Positions 39,897-50,466 of a stretch of 64,000 nucleotides of DNA are shown piece after piece. The number at the start of each line of letters is the position of its first letter. Position 1 is the first letter of the stretch. Made by a program: the position numbers and the translations under genes. The notes below the pieces were generated by a model. It was not told where the DNA came from, made no database searches, and saw nothing but the letters and a program-made list of their open reading frames with translations. Origin of the DNA: Candidatus Kapaibacterium sp. Its GTDB lineage: Bacteria; Bacteroidota; Ignavibacteria; Kapaibacteriales; UBA2268. The DNA is taken from positions 3,872,001 to 3,936,000 of the forward strand of contig OY762428.1 in NCBI GenBank assembly GCA_963665665.1, in the 5' to 3' direction.

Positions 39897-39921
39897 ATTT
39901 CAAAACCAGATCGTTCTTTTT

Positions 39922-40692
39922 TTAATAACCTGCTGTTACTGTTCTAACTTCATTAGCAATTTTTAAAGCAATTTTCCTTACAGCTTCCGATACTTCATCA
40001 TTCGGATCGGATTCGCAGAATAGTTTTTGATATAATATTGATTGCCTGACGATTCTTCCGTATGGGACAAATCCTTGAAAATCAAGTTTCAGCCCCAGAA
40101 ATTTTTCCGTGGCAAGGTTCAGTTTTTCATTTATTTCATTTGCATCCTCATTATCGATTACGTTATTTACCAGCAATCTGATATTATCGGTATTTATCAT
40201 TTGAATAATTACTTTAGTCAGTCCGTAAGCGTCCAGCAAAGATGTTGGTTCATCGGTTATAACAATATTTACCTGGTCGGCTATCTGGCACAAAGTGATA
40301 ATATTATCCGATGCTCCCGCCGGAGTATCAATAATTATGAAGTTAAAATCAGAGTTGTCGATAAGCTGGTTCCTGGTTGAAATAAGTTCAGTAGGCCCCG
40401 TGATAATTTCGTTTCCTGTTGCCGGAAGGTCGGCAAGAAGATAGAGGTTAGGTTTTACTTTGAATACTGCCGTATCTACATCAATATTACCATTGTAAAC
40501 ATCCCTGAGCCTGACCGGTGGTTCAACCCCAAGCAATAAATGCTGATTCGGAAAATACATATCGCCGTCCCAGATAAGAGTTTTACCCGAGTTTGCCAGT
40601 TCGGAAGCAATATTAGCTGCCAGTACACTTTTGCCTACCCCGCCTTTTCCACTACAAATAGAAATAATATATGGTTTGTTTCTTTCGTTCAT
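39922..40692 (-). CDS. flhG: MinD/ParA-like ATPase FlhG (FleN)
   Basis: SGKGGVGKS, IIDTPAG, DEPTSLLDAYGL.K; directly after flhF. Confidence 0.85.
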   Translation of the reverse strand: MNERNKPYIISICSGKGGVGKSVLAANIASELANSGKTLIWDGDMYFPNQHLLLGVEPPVRLRDVYNGNIDVDTAVFKVKPNLYLLADLPATGNEIITGPTELISTRNQLIDNSDFNFIIIDTPAGASDNIITLCQIADQVNIVITDEPTSLLDAYGLTKVIIQMINTDNIRLLVNNVIDNEDANEINEKLNLATEKFLGLKLDFQGFVPYGRIVRQSILYQKLFCESDPNDEVSEAVRKIALKIANEVRTVTAGY

Positions 40693-41870
40693 TCTGCCTC
40701 GCCAGCAATATGAGCAAATTTTTTAGTAAAAGATTTTTTAAATTTTTCTTCGAAAATATGATTTTTAAGATAATCTAATTCTGCCGGGAATATATCATCC
40801 GGGATTTGTTGTCCGGCGCTAATATAAGATATTGGGTAATTTACTTTTTTCATTGCTTCTATTACAATTCCGGGTTCGTATGTTTCATCCATTTTAGTCA
40901 GGATAATTGAACTGATACCAAGTTCAGAAAAATCTTCAATTGAGCGGGTAATATTCTGTTGGCTGTTAACAGCGCTGCAAAGATAAAAAGTAATATCTGG
41001 TTTAGCTGCATCGATATAGGGGAGAAGCCCGCTAATTTGTCTTTGATTTCTTGGATTGCGCCCAACAGTATCTAAGAATATGAAATCACGTTTTTTTTCC
41101 CGATTGAGGATTGTGCTGATCTCATCGGGAGTATAGGCCGATTCGAAAGGAATGCCTGCAATAGTAGAATATATCTGAAGCTGATCGCTTCCGCCTACTT
41201 TGTGTGTATCTGCACTGATAAGGAAGGTATCTGCTCCCATTGCCAGTTTGGCAACAACTGCAAGTTTAATCAAAGTAAGGGTTTTTCCGCTGCCCGTTGG
41301 GCCGGTGAAGCACAATACCTGCCTTTTTTCTTCTTTTTGAAACGGAGGTACAATATCAATTTTTTCTGTTAGAATATCTGTTGCTGAAGACAGAAATTCA
41401 TCAGGAGTAGTAATATTTCTTTCAGTTAACTTACCGATAACTGTCATTGCAGTGCTTTCGGAAAAGCCTGTATCTCTAAGTTCTTTATATAATATTTCGC
41501 CGGCTTTATTCTGCTTTCCGGTGAATTTATATCTCATACTGTCGGAGATATTTTCAATTTTCTGGTTAATATTGTTTATCTCGCTTAGAATTTTAGCCGT
41601 TAAATCGAAATCCTGCGCTGATTCTGCCCTTGGATATTTAATTTTTGGCGTTTCGTTGCCTGCTATTGACTGTTTTTGGGTAATTGGCTTTTTTTCCTGT
41701 TTGGATTTGTTCGGAGCCTGGTCCATAGCTGCAACAATTTCGTATTTAGTGATCCCGTCTTTGTCGGTAAATGTACGGTTTGACAAGATTATAGCATCGC
41801 TGCCAAGGTCTTCGATTATAAGTGTCTTGCCTTCTTTCAGAGTAGATGCAATATATTTTTTTATTTTCAT
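40689..41870 (-). CDS. flhF: SRP-family GTPase FlhF
   Basis: MKIKKYIA...LGSDAIILS N-terminus, GPTGSGKT, DTVGR, TKMDET, GQQIPDDI. Confidence 0.9.
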   Translation of the reverse strand: MKIKKYIASTLKEGKTLIIEDLGSDAIILSNRTFTDKDGITKYEIVAAMDQAPNKSKQEKKPITQKQSIAGNETPKIKYPRAESAQDFDLTAKILSEINNINQKIENISDSMRYKFTGKQNKAGEILYKELRDTGFSESTAMTVIGKLTERNITTPDEFLSSATDILTEKIDIVPPFQKEEKRQVLCFTGPTGSGKTLTLIKLAVVAKLAMGADTFLISADTHKVGGSDQLQIYSTIAGIPFESAYTPDEISTILNREKKRDFIFLDTVGRNPRNQRQISGLLPYIDAAKPDITFYLCSAVNSQQNITRSIEDFSELGISSIILTKMDETYEPGIVIEAMKKVNYPISYISAGQQIPDDIFPAELDYLKNHIFEEKFKKSFTKKFAHIAGEAE

Positions 41871-42017
41871 ATACTATCCGACAAACCAGTAATACCTGAA
41901 TAAACAAACCTAATTATCAGGTGATAATCAAGGAAAAATTATGCCAAGAATATACAGATGTTTTTTATCAATTCGAAGAGTTGATATAATATTATTTATG
42001 ATTCCTGGTGGGATATC

Positions 42018-42048
42018 TATGGCCGGTGATTTGTTATCAACGGCCATA
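42018..42048 (-). terminator. Hairpin downstream of the decarboxylase gene
   Basis: TATGGCCG-GTGAT-ttgtt-ATCAA-CGGCCATA. Confidence 0.5.
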
Positions 42049-42061
42049 TTACTATTGAAAT

Positions 42062-43471
42062 TTACTGTGTAGCATATTGCTTGATAACCTGCCATGCTTT
42101 TGCAGCATGACGTTCGGTCAGTTCTGTCTGGCCGAGCACCAGGCGGAGTGTATATTTTCCTTTTAATTTTGTATGTGTTATGTAAATTTCTCCGCTGGCA
42201 TTAATTTTTTTAAGAATACTTTCATTGATAGCATTTAGCTCCATTTCAGATTTTTCCGGATGGAAATACCGGAAACAAATAACGTTCAGGTTGACGGGAG
42301 CAAGTATTTCGAAATCTGGATGTGTTTCAATTTTTTCAGCAATATCTTTTGCAATATTGATATGACCACTAATTTTTTTCCTCAAACCTTCTGCGCCGAA
42401 AGATCGCAGAACAAACCACAATTTTAAAGCCCTGAATCGCCTTCCAAGCTGTATTCCCCAGTCCCGGTAATTATTTACAAACTTATCTTCTTCGGTTTTA
42501 AGATATTCAGGAAGTATGGAAAATGTTTTTATCAATGCTTCTTTGTCCCTTACGAAATAAGCAGAACAATCGAAGTTTGTAAACATCCATTTATGAGGAT
42601 TAAACACATAGCTGTCGGCCAGTTCAATTCCTTCAATCATATATCTGAATTCGGGAAGAATCATAGCTGTACCAGCGTGTGCTCCGTCCACGTGAAGCCA
42701 CAGGCCGCGTTTATTACATATATCTGAAATTTCCTTTAGCGGATCAATCGCAACGCTGCTCGTGGTTCCTATAGCAGCAATTACGGCAAGCGGCTGAACA
42801 TCATTATCGATGTCTTCTTCAATCATTCTGTTCAGTTCCGATGGTATCATAGCAAAATTTTCATCCGTACTAACTTTCTTCAAGGAGTCAGCTCCGAAGC
42901 CGGCTATCCTGACTGCTTTATCAATCGAGGAGTGAGCTTCGGCAGAACAATATATGGAATACTTTCTGCTTCCCCTGAATCCGTGGCGGTTAATATCGTA
43001 AGCGCTGACTTTTTCTCTTGCTGTCAGTATCGATACCAGAGTAGCAGTTGAAGCTGAATCCTGAATAACCCCGTGGAAATGTCCCGGCAATCCGCAAAGA
43101 TCCCTTAGCCATTCCATTACCCTTTGTTCCAATTCTGCTGCTGCCGGAGAAGTTTGCCAAATCATGCACTGCGCACCGATAGCAGTGCTTAGCATTTCTC
43201 CAAGAAAAGAAGGAAAACTGCCGTTAGAATTGAAATAAGCGTGGAAATTCGGATGCTGCCAATGAGTAATGCCTGGCATTATTATCGAGTCGAAATCCTT
43301 CAGTATCTGGTCGTAATCCTCAGGTTTTTCTGGTGCTTTTTCCGGAAGTTTATTAATTATATCACCGGGTGCTGCCTGTGATTTTACCGGTAATTTTTCA
43401 ATATTTTCATAATAATCAAAAATATAATCCAATGTTTTGTGCGCATTCTTTTTGAATTCTTTTATATCCAT
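42062..43471 (-). CDS. Group II PLP-dependent decarboxylase (aromatic-L-amino-acid decarboxylase-like)
   Basis: PGITHWQHPNFHAYF, TSPAAAELE, WLHVDGA, FNPHKW, LGRRFRALKLW. Confidence 0.9.
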   Translation of the reverse strand: MDIKEFKKNAHKTLDYIFDYYENIEKLPVKSQAAPGDIINKLPEKAPEKPEDYDQILKDFDSIIMPGITHWQHPNFHAYFNSNGSFPSFLGEMLSTAIGAQCMIWQTSPAAAELEQRVMEWLRDLCGLPGHFHGVIQDSASTATLVSILTAREKVSAYDINRHGFRGSRKYSIYCSAEAHSSIDKAVRIAGFGADSLKKVSTDENFAMIPSELNRMIEEDIDNDVQPLAVIAAIGTTSSVAIDPLKEISDICNKRGLWLHVDGAHAGTAMILPEFRYMIEGIELADSYVFNPHKWMFTNFDCSAYFVRDKEALIKTFSILPEYLKTEEDKFVNNYRDWGIQLGRRFRALKLWFVLRSFGAEGLRKKISGHINIAKDIAEKIETHPDFEILAPVNLNVICFRYFHPEKSEMELNAINESILKKINASGEIYITHTKLKGKYTLRLVLGQTELTERHAAKAWQVIKQYATQ

Positions 43472-43691
43472 ATACTAACTTTCATTTCCTTAGGTAAATA
43501 TTCTTCAAACTAAAATTATAAAATATCATATTGATCATTAAATTAGTCCGAAAGGTAAAAATAAACAAATTTATTTATAATTGAGTCTTTAATTAAACTT
43601 TGTAAGGTTTCCTGATTCAATTTTATTTTTCTTACATTATTAAACTAAAATATTCGTATATTTCAATGTTAAATGTTGATAAGGAGTTTTT

Positions 43692-44663
43692 ATGCTGTCT
43701 TTGTTCAGGACGATTGCAAACAAAATTACAATGAAAAAGTTTCGTGATTCAAATCTTAATATATCAGGTGATAATTTCAAAAAAGAAGTAAAGATCAGGG
43801 CGATAGAGTTTTCTCATTTCCTTAAAGAATTAATTTTAATGGTGCTCGGTGTTTTCTCCGCTGGTTTTGGTCTGCGGGGATTTTTGCTGCCGAATTCTTT
43901 TATTGACGGAGGGGTAACCGGTATATCCCTTATTTCGGCCGAGGTTTCGGGGATTAATTTCTCGATTTTACTTGTTCTTATAAACCTTCCTTTTCTGCTT
44001 CTCGGCCTAAAGAGTATGGGGCTACGCTTTTTTATCAGAAGCATTATAGCAATTGCCCTTCTGGCTGTTGTTGCTCATGTTGTGCCTTATCCCGTGATTA
44101 CTGATGATAAACTGCTGATAGCTATTTTCGGAGGTTTCTTTCTCGGGCTTGGAATAGGCCTTGCCATCAGGGGCGGCGCAGTTATTGACGGCACAGAAGT
44201 ACTTGCTGTGTTTGTAAGCAGGAAAACGCCACTTAAGATTGGTGATGTAATTCTTATGTTCAACATTATGATATTTACTGTCGGAGCTTATGTATTTAAT
44301 ATTGAAGTAGCTTTATATGCTATTCTGACTTACCTTGCTGCTGCCAAAACTGTCGATTTCGTAGTGGAAGGTATCGAGGAATATATCGGTGTTACAATCA
44401 TTTCAGAAAAACAGGATGATATCCGCATTGCGATTATTGAAAAACTCGGCAGGGGCTGCACTGTTTATTCAGGCAAAAGGGGGTATGCGCCCCGGGGTGA
44501 AATTCTTAGTGATATGGATATTCTCTACACTCTTGTTACGCGTCTTGAAATATCCCGCCTTGAAACTGAAATTGATAAAATTGACCCCGGTGCATTTATT
44601 ATTATGCACAATGTTCACGATGCAAAAGGCGGCATGATAAAAAAACGGCCCATGAAAAAATAA
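43692..44663 (+). CDS. YitT family membrane protein
   Basis: AAGGAG RBS; FLLPN.FIDGGVTGIS, GGAVIDGTE, LGRGCT, IDPGAFI. Confidence 0.88.
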   Translation: MLSLFRTIANKITMKKFRDSNLNISGDNFKKEVKIRAIEFSHFLKELILMVLGVFSAGFGLRGFLLPNSFIDGGVTGISLISAEVSGINFSILLVLINLPFLLLGLKSMGLRFFIRSIIAIALLAVVAHVVPYPVITDDKLLIAIFGGFFLGLGIGLAIRGGAVIDGTEVLAVFVSRKTPLKIGDVILMFNIMIFTVGAYVFNIEVALYAILTYLAAAKTVDFVVEGIEEYIGVTIISEKQDDIRIAIIEKLGRGCTVYSGKRGYAPRGEILSDMDILYTLVTRLEISRLETEIDKIDPGAFIIMHNVHDAKGGMIKKRPMKK

Positions 44664-44747
44664 ATAAAATAATCACGTAACCAAAACCATACCTTAGTTG
44701 TTATTCTTAAAAGACGTAATTGTTACCATTTTTCAAAAAGGATAATA

Positions 44748-46979
44748 ATGAGGAAATTTGTTGTGTCATTGCTTCTGGTATTTTCAGTTTTATATCTGAA
44801 TGCAGGCGAGGTTATTCAAAGTTTTTCATCTTCCGTATTATCCAAAATGAGCCCTAACCTGTTTGAAAAAATTGAATTCGATCGTGGTAAAGGCTGCTTC
44901 ATGCCCAAAATTCAAACAGAGAATAAACTGCATATATTGCTCAAAGTTTTTGATAGCGAGAAATTTAAATCAGAATATGCTGAGTATATCGGAACCTGTG
45001 CCGGAGATATCTTTACAGTGGTAATTCCTTCGATTAAAATTGACAATTTGATTTCTGACCCGAATATAATTTATTTGGAAAGCGAAGTTGTCGGTGGCCC
45101 GCACCTCGATATTGCCCGCGAGAAGACCTTAACCGATGAAGTATATTCCAACAACATGGGCCAGCTTCCTGATGAGTTCAGGGGCAAGGGGGTTGTTTGC
45201 GGAGTAGCGGATCATGGATTTGATTATAACCACCCACAGATATTTTCCGAAGACGGAAGCGAATACAGGTTGAAAAGGGTTTGGGAACAGGCCGGCAATG
45301 GCAACCCCCCGGCAGGTTTTGCTTATGGCAGGGAATTGATTGATGATGACATTATTATTGCAGCCGGAACTGATATGCAAAATATGTCCCATGGTACTCA
45401 TGTAGCAGGAATTATGGGTGGCAGTGGGTTCGGATCTGATGGAAAGTATCGCGGGGTTGCCTGTGAATCCGATCTTGTATATGTAAGTATCGATCCGGAA
45501 ATAGACGGGTGGGCCAAATTAAGCTGTCCGAAAATTATTGATGCATACAAGTATATTATTGATTATGCAGAAGAGCAGGGTAAACCCTGCGTGATAAACA
45601 ATAGCTGGGGGCATTATCTCGGGCCGAAGGACGGCAGTTCCCTGTTCAGCCAGGCATGTGAAAACCTGGCAGGCCCCGGGAAAATAATTGTTATTTCTGC
45701 CGGTAATGCCGGGATGTTCCCATGGCATATTCGAAAATCTTTTACAGAAAATGATACTTTAGTACAAACTTTTTTCCGGGCTGTAACAAATGAATCTACA
45801 GCCTACTGGGTAGATTTGTGGGGAGAAAAAGGATCAAACCCACAGGTACAATTTCTGATTTATAATACTGAAACTGATGAAGTTCAGGACTCCACTCAAT
45901 ATTATTCCACGCTAATGGATGTTAACCAGACAATAGATATGAGGGACGATCTCGATTCTGCCTGCAGGATCAAACTAACTGCAAGTGTTCCGGCTTACAA
46001 TTTCAGGCCGAGAGTATTTGCAAGGGTGAAATATTCAAACAAGGATAATAACTATAGGATACTTCTCAGGGTGAAGGACTGTTCAGGTACTGTGGATTTT
46101 ACCGGTTATCTGCGGACGGATGAAAATTTTTCTTTTAACATAAGCAATGAAGGTAAATCCTGGGCTGAAAGTGGTGACAGAAATATGATGATCAATGACT
46201 TTATTAGTGGAAGAAATATTATCGGTGTTGCTTCCTATACAACTAAACTTAGGGTGAAAAATATTAATGGAAATTATGAAAATCTCGGTCCCGGTGTTGT
46301 AGGACAAATATCTATGTTTTCCAGTATTGGCCCCACAACAGACGGCAGAATGCAACCGGTTATTGCAGCACCGGGTGAATATCTTGTGTCAGGATTGAGT
46401 GGATATGATAATGCCAGAATGAACTTAAGTTATTACAAAGACAGGATTGTTACTTGTTTTAATATGTACACCGACAATAAGGAGCATTGCTTTGTACCTA
46501 TGTGCGGTACTTCTATGTCCTCGCCGATGACGGCCGGGGCAATAGCTTTGATGCTTGAAATAAATCCCAAACTTGATCCTGAAAAGATCAAAACAATATT
46601 CTCAGAAACAGCTATCAAAGATTTCTATACGGGGCAGGCTCCTGATTCTTCAGAGTGGGGTTTCGGAAAGCTTAATGTGTTTGAGTGTGTTAAAGAAGCC
46701 CTGAAAACTACAGGAATAAGTGAAAATATGATAAACAGGCATGGATCGGCATTTCCAAATCCATGTAACGAATCAATTAATATCCCTCTGAAAGTCGAAA
46801 GCGGGGAAGTTCATATTGCATTGATAAACAGTATTGGTGAAATAATCAGTCAGGAAATTGCGATAAGTAACGGGAGGTATCTCAGCCTTAACCTGAAAGG
46901 TATCAGTCCCGGTGCGTATTTCGTTAAAGTTAGTTCCGGTGGTGAAGTACTTTCTTATAACCACTTTATTAAACAATAA
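44748..46979 (+). CDS. S8 subtilisin-like peptidase with T9SS CTD
   Basis: Catalytic VADHG, HGTHVAG, GTSMS; SAGN; AFPNP...PGAYFV..HFIKQ. Confidence 0.92.
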   Translation: MRKFVVSLLLVFSVLYLNAGEVIQSFSSSVLSKMSPNLFEKIEFDRGKGCFMPKIQTENKLHILLKVFDSEKFKSEYAEYIGTCAGDIFTVVIPSIKIDNLISDPNIIYLESEVVGGPHLDIAREKTLTDEVYSNNMGQLPDEFRGKGVVCGVADHGFDYNHPQIFSEDGSEYRLKRVWEQAGNGNPPAGFAYGRELIDDDIIIAAGTDMQNMSHGTHVAGIMGGSGFGSDGKYRGVACESDLVYVSIDPEIDGWAKLSCPKIIDAYKYIIDYAEEQGKPCVINNSWGHYLGPKDGSSLFSQACENLAGPGKIIVISAGNAGMFPWHIRKSFTENDTLVQTFFRAVTNESTAYWVDLWGEKGSNPQVQFLIYNTETDEVQDSTQYYSTLMDVNQTIDMRDDLDSACRIKLTASVPAYNFRPRVFARVKYSNKDNNYRILLRVKDCSGTVDFTGYLRTDENFSFNISNEGKSWAESGDRNMMINDFISGRNIIGVASYTTKLRVKNINGNYENLGPGVVGQISMFSSIGPTTDGRMQPVIAAPGEYLVSGLSGYDNARMNLSYYKDRIVTCFNMYTDNKEHCFVPMCGTSMSSPMTAGAIALMLEINPKLDPEKIKTIFSETAIKDFYTGQAPDSSEWGFGKLNVFECVKEALKTTGISENMINRHGSAFPNPCNESINIPLKVESGEVHIALINSIGEIISQEIAISNGRYLSLNLKGISPGAYFVKVSSGGEVLSYNHFIKQ

Positions 46980-47071
46980 AACATAAAACAACCCCCGCCT
47001 TTCATCAAATTCAATATCCAAGAGCTTTAGCTCATGGATAAAGACACCCTGGACGGAAGTAAAGAAAGATA

Positions 47072-47137
47072 ACCACTCCTGTAGTCCACTCCTCTGTGAG
47101 GAGAGAATAAGAGATTAAATATCATAGAATTAGCCCC
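47072..47137 (+). repeat. Degenerate copy of the 17561 element
   Basis: ACCACTCCTGTAGTCCACTCCTCTGTGAGGAGAGAATAAGAGATTAAATATCATAGAATTAGCCCC aligns with 17561-17629. Confidence 0.75.
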
Positions 47138-47311
47138 TGTTTTATATAGGCAACCCACGCAGCTACAAAATGATTACAATTATTATAAATGATTGAAGGA
47201 TAATAAAATAAAGCAATACCAAAAACGATTAAAAAGTGATCAACAAATACCGGTGGGCGGCAATGGTTTTTGTTCTTTACCAAAATAATATCGCCAGGCG
47301 GCAAAAAAAAA

Positions 47312-47371
47312 TCTGAACGCCGTGAAGAATTCCAAATCCGTATTGGCACAGAATTCTTCACATCGTTCAGA
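47312..47371. repeat. Inverted REP pair, GTCA...GAAGAATC family
   Basis: TCTGAACGCCGTGAAGAATTC-18 nt-GAATTCTTCACATCGTTCAGA. Confidence 0.75.
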
Positions 47372-47422
47372 AATTTAATTTTCAAACATGGGATTGAAAA
47401 GATTTACTTTTCAAATACACTA

Positions 47423-48904
47423 CTAAGCTTTATCGGGAAAAAGCTGTTTCAATGTTTCTTCATCAGGTTTCGGAGTCATAAGGCTGACTATTATCAGCGC
47501 ACCGATTGAAACGAACAGAGCCGGGAATATAATCGGAATACCCCAGGGATCCTCGCCAATCATAACTTCCGGTGCTATTGCAGGAAGCCCGAATTTCAGG
47601 AATATCGTAGAAAACGAACCAAGAACAATACTGGATAGTCCGCCGGCTTTTGTTGCACGCTTCCAGGCAAGAGCTGCCAGCAATGCCGGAGTAATTGCCA
47701 CGCCATAAATCGTATAGGCAAAGTATGCATATTCCAGAACTGAGATTGGTTTATTCAATACAGTAGGTATAAATACTATAAGAAAAGCTACAACGCCCAA
47801 TATAACAATTAATACTTTTTGCATTACAACCAGGTTTTTCTGGCTGCTGTTCTTATTCATAAATTTCGACCAGATGTCGTGCACAATATTCGTTGACGGA
47901 CTGAGCAGATAATTCATACCAGTGGATATAACAACAACAACGGCGGCAGCAAGCAACAGAACGCCAACCGGAGCCGGTACCATTTCCTTTGCAGCTTTCA
48001 GCACTACCATTGCAGGGTCAATCTGCGGATCGGCATTCCAGAAATAAACCGATGCATAAACAGCTATAACAATAACAACTGTTTCAACAACGATAGTACC
48101 AAGAACCCAAAGAGCTACGGCTTTCTTGGCATCACCGGGAGTTTTGGCGCTATAAAATTTCTGGTACATACTCTGAACACCGAGGAGAAGGAACATCGTG
48201 GCTAACATGTAAGAAATACCTTTCAGGAGCGGGTACTCGCCGAAATCTTCAGGAAATACCTGGAAGTGAGAGGCGGGCAAAACAGATGTGGCTGCACCAA
48301 CATCAACTGAAGTAACAACAACAAAAGGCACTGCAGCAAGACAGGCAATCATAATAATAATACCATTTGGAAGATCGGTGTGAGCAACGGCTATCATACC
48401 ACCTATTGCAGTAAACAGGATAACGAAACCTGCCGCAAGAGCCTGTCCCATTTCTACTGATATTGCTCCGTCACTGACAACATTGATAATCATGCCACCC
48501 GCGCGAAACTGGTAGGAAACAATAGTTACGAAAGAAATAATCAGCGCTAATGCACCAAAAAGCCTTGCATATTTTCCATATCGCACTTCGAGAATATCAC
48601 CAATTGTATATTGCCCGAATGTCCGGATCTTGCCGGCAAGGAAATAAATAATAATAATACCAATCCATGCGCCAACCGGCATCCATAACGAACTCCACCC
48701 TGCCCTGTAAGCATACTCAGCGCCTGAAATGAACGTTCCGGAACCAATCCAGGTACAAACAAGGGTGAAAACCATTTTGGTTACTCCAAGGCTTCGCCCT
48801 GCAACCATCATATCATCCTGGTTTTGTACTTTTTTAGCTTTGATAAAATTGAATATCGTCAAGCCAATCAGGTAAGCAAAAATAATCAGAATATAACTTG
48901 TCAT
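47423..48904 (-). CDS. Sodium:solute symporter family protein
   Basis: VAGRSLG, TWIGSG, GDILEVRYG, GGMIAVAHTD, about 13 TM helices; start set at MTSYIL. Confidence 0.9.
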   Translation of the reverse strand: MTSYILIIFAYLIGLTIFNFIKAKKVQNQDDMMVAGRSLGVTKMVFTLVCTWIGSGTFISGAEYAYRAGWSSLWMPVGAWIGIIIIYFLAGKIRTFGQYTIGDILEVRYGKYARLFGALALIISFVTIVSYQFRAGGMIINVVSDGAISVEMGQALAAGFVILFTAIGGMIAVAHTDLPNGIIIMIACLAAVPFVVVTSVDVGAATSVLPASHFQVFPEDFGEYPLLKGISYMLATMFLLLGVQSMYQKFYSAKTPGDAKKAVALWVLGTIVVETVVIVIAVYASVYFWNADPQIDPAMVVLKAAKEMVPAPVGVLLLAAAVVVVISTGMNYLLSPSTNIVHDIWSKFMNKNSSQKNLVVMQKVLIVILGVVAFLIVFIPTVLNKPISVLEYAYFAYTIYGVAITPALLAALAWKRATKAGGLSSIVLGSFSTIFLKFGLPAIAPEVMIGEDPWGIPIIFPALFVSIGALIIVSLMTPKPDEETLKQLFPDKA

Positions 48905-49351
48905 GATAAAATCTTTAAATATGAATAATACTTGTATTTCAATTCCCATAAATAACAATATATGAAAAATGCTCACCCAATTCAAAATATTAATATCTTT
49001 TATTCATCATATCAGGCCTGATCCTTGTTCACAATTTGTCTTGGACTGTAAAGGCATATCGGGGATATCATGCGGACTAATTCGAAGAAGAATCTTTGCC
49101 ATTCATACATGAACGAGCTGAAAATTTTCAGATACGAAGCAAAAGCACAAAACGACAACATCTTCATAATTGAATAAATTATTAACGTGGGTTGTGTGGA
49201 TATCGGAAAAAATCATAAGGCCCTGGTAAGTTTAAAATGTTTTCATAATATTCGGGTAATTGCATTTTTACTAATTTTGCACAAGTTAAATAATGTTCCG
49301 GTAGATCCGGGAGTTTTTTATGATTAGAACCTTTTGCAGAAATGCTTATCT

Positions 49352-50446
49352 ATGATTAACAGCGGCAGGAAAATAATTCATGTGGATATGGATGCCTTTT
49401 ATGCATCGGTGGAACAAAGGGACCACCCCGAATTAAGAGGTAAACCTGTAGCTGTTGGAGGTAAAGGTCGCAGGGGAGTGGTAGCGGCAGCAAGTTATGA
49501 AGCCAGGAAGTTTGGTGTCCGGTCGGCTATGCCCACATTCATGGCTCTGGAAAAATGCCCTGATCTGTTGGTTGTCAGGGGGAGTTATGGAGTTTACCAG
49601 GAAGTTTCAGGACAAATCAGGGATGTTTTCAAAACATATACAGATATTATTGAACCGGTTTCGCTTGACGAAGCCTATCTTGATGTGACGGAAAATAAGA
49701 TGAGGAATCCTTCTGCTACGATTATTGCCCGGGAAATAAAGGATAAAATTAAAAACAAAACCGGGCTTACTGCATCTGCCGGAGTTTCGTTTGTCAAATT
49801 CCTTGCAAAGATCGCTTCGGATTATGATAAACCCGATGGCCTTACGGTAGTAACACCTAAACAGGCAATTGAATTCCTGGATCAACTTGAAGTTAAGGAA
49901 ATTCCGGGAGTAGGGAAAGTAACAGCCGAGAAAATGAAGGAACTCGGGATAATTTACGGGCGGGATCTTAGAAAACTCAGCAGGTTTGCTCTTGAAGAAA
50001 AATTTGGAAAATACGGTTCATACTTTTATGACCTTATAAGATGTGATTATAACAGCCCGGTTGTAACCGACAGGATAAGGAAGCAGGTCGGGGCGGAGCG
50101 AACATTTAGCCGGGATATTGCAAAACAGGAGGAAATGCTATACGAATTAAGGCATATTTCTGAAATTGTCAGCAACAGACTGAAGAAAAAGGACACAATG
50201 GGCAAAACTCTTACACTTAAAATAAAATATAACGATTTCGTTAGTCAAACAAGAAGTAAGACAATTAATCATCTGATACAGTCAGAGGCTGAAATATTTA
50301 TGATTGCCGAGGAATTGCTCGTAATACCTGTTCCCCCGATTAAACCTGTCAGGCTGCTCGGTATTTCAGTATCTAATCTTGATAATGAACCTTCGAGAAA
50401 TTTCGGCAGGCAGCTGGCTTTAGATTTTTACGGAAATGAATTTTAA
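49352..50446 (+). CDS. dinB: DNA polymerase IV
   Basis: IIHVDMDAFYASVE, SYEARKFGV, SLDEAYLD, KIASDYDKPDG, VRLLGI. Confidence 0.96.
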   Translation: MINSGRKIIHVDMDAFYASVEQRDHPELRGKPVAVGGKGRRGVVAAASYEARKFGVRSAMPTFMALEKCPDLLVVRGSYGVYQEVSGQIRDVFKTYTDIIEPVSLDEAYLDVTENKMRNPSATIIAREIKDKIKNKTGLTASAGVSFVKFLAKIASDYDKPDGLTVVTPKQAIEFLDQLEVKEIPGVGKVTAEKMKELGIIYGRDLRKLSRFALEEKFGKYGSYFYDLIRCDYNSPVVTDRIRKQVGAERTFSRDIAKQEEMLYELRHISEIVSNRLKKKDTMGKTLTLKIKYNDFVSQTRSKTINHLIQSEAEIFMIAEELLVIPVPPIKPVRLLGISVSNLDNEPSRNFGRQLALDFYGNEF

Positions 50447-50466
50447 ACTTATTAACAAAGGTAAAT

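Noticed and set aside
48990-49330. LexA box, sRNA or pseudogene upstream of dinB
   Set aside because: CCGGTAGATCCGG does not fit the Bacteroidetes GGA-N5-TCC box; only very short ORFs and no recognisable structure
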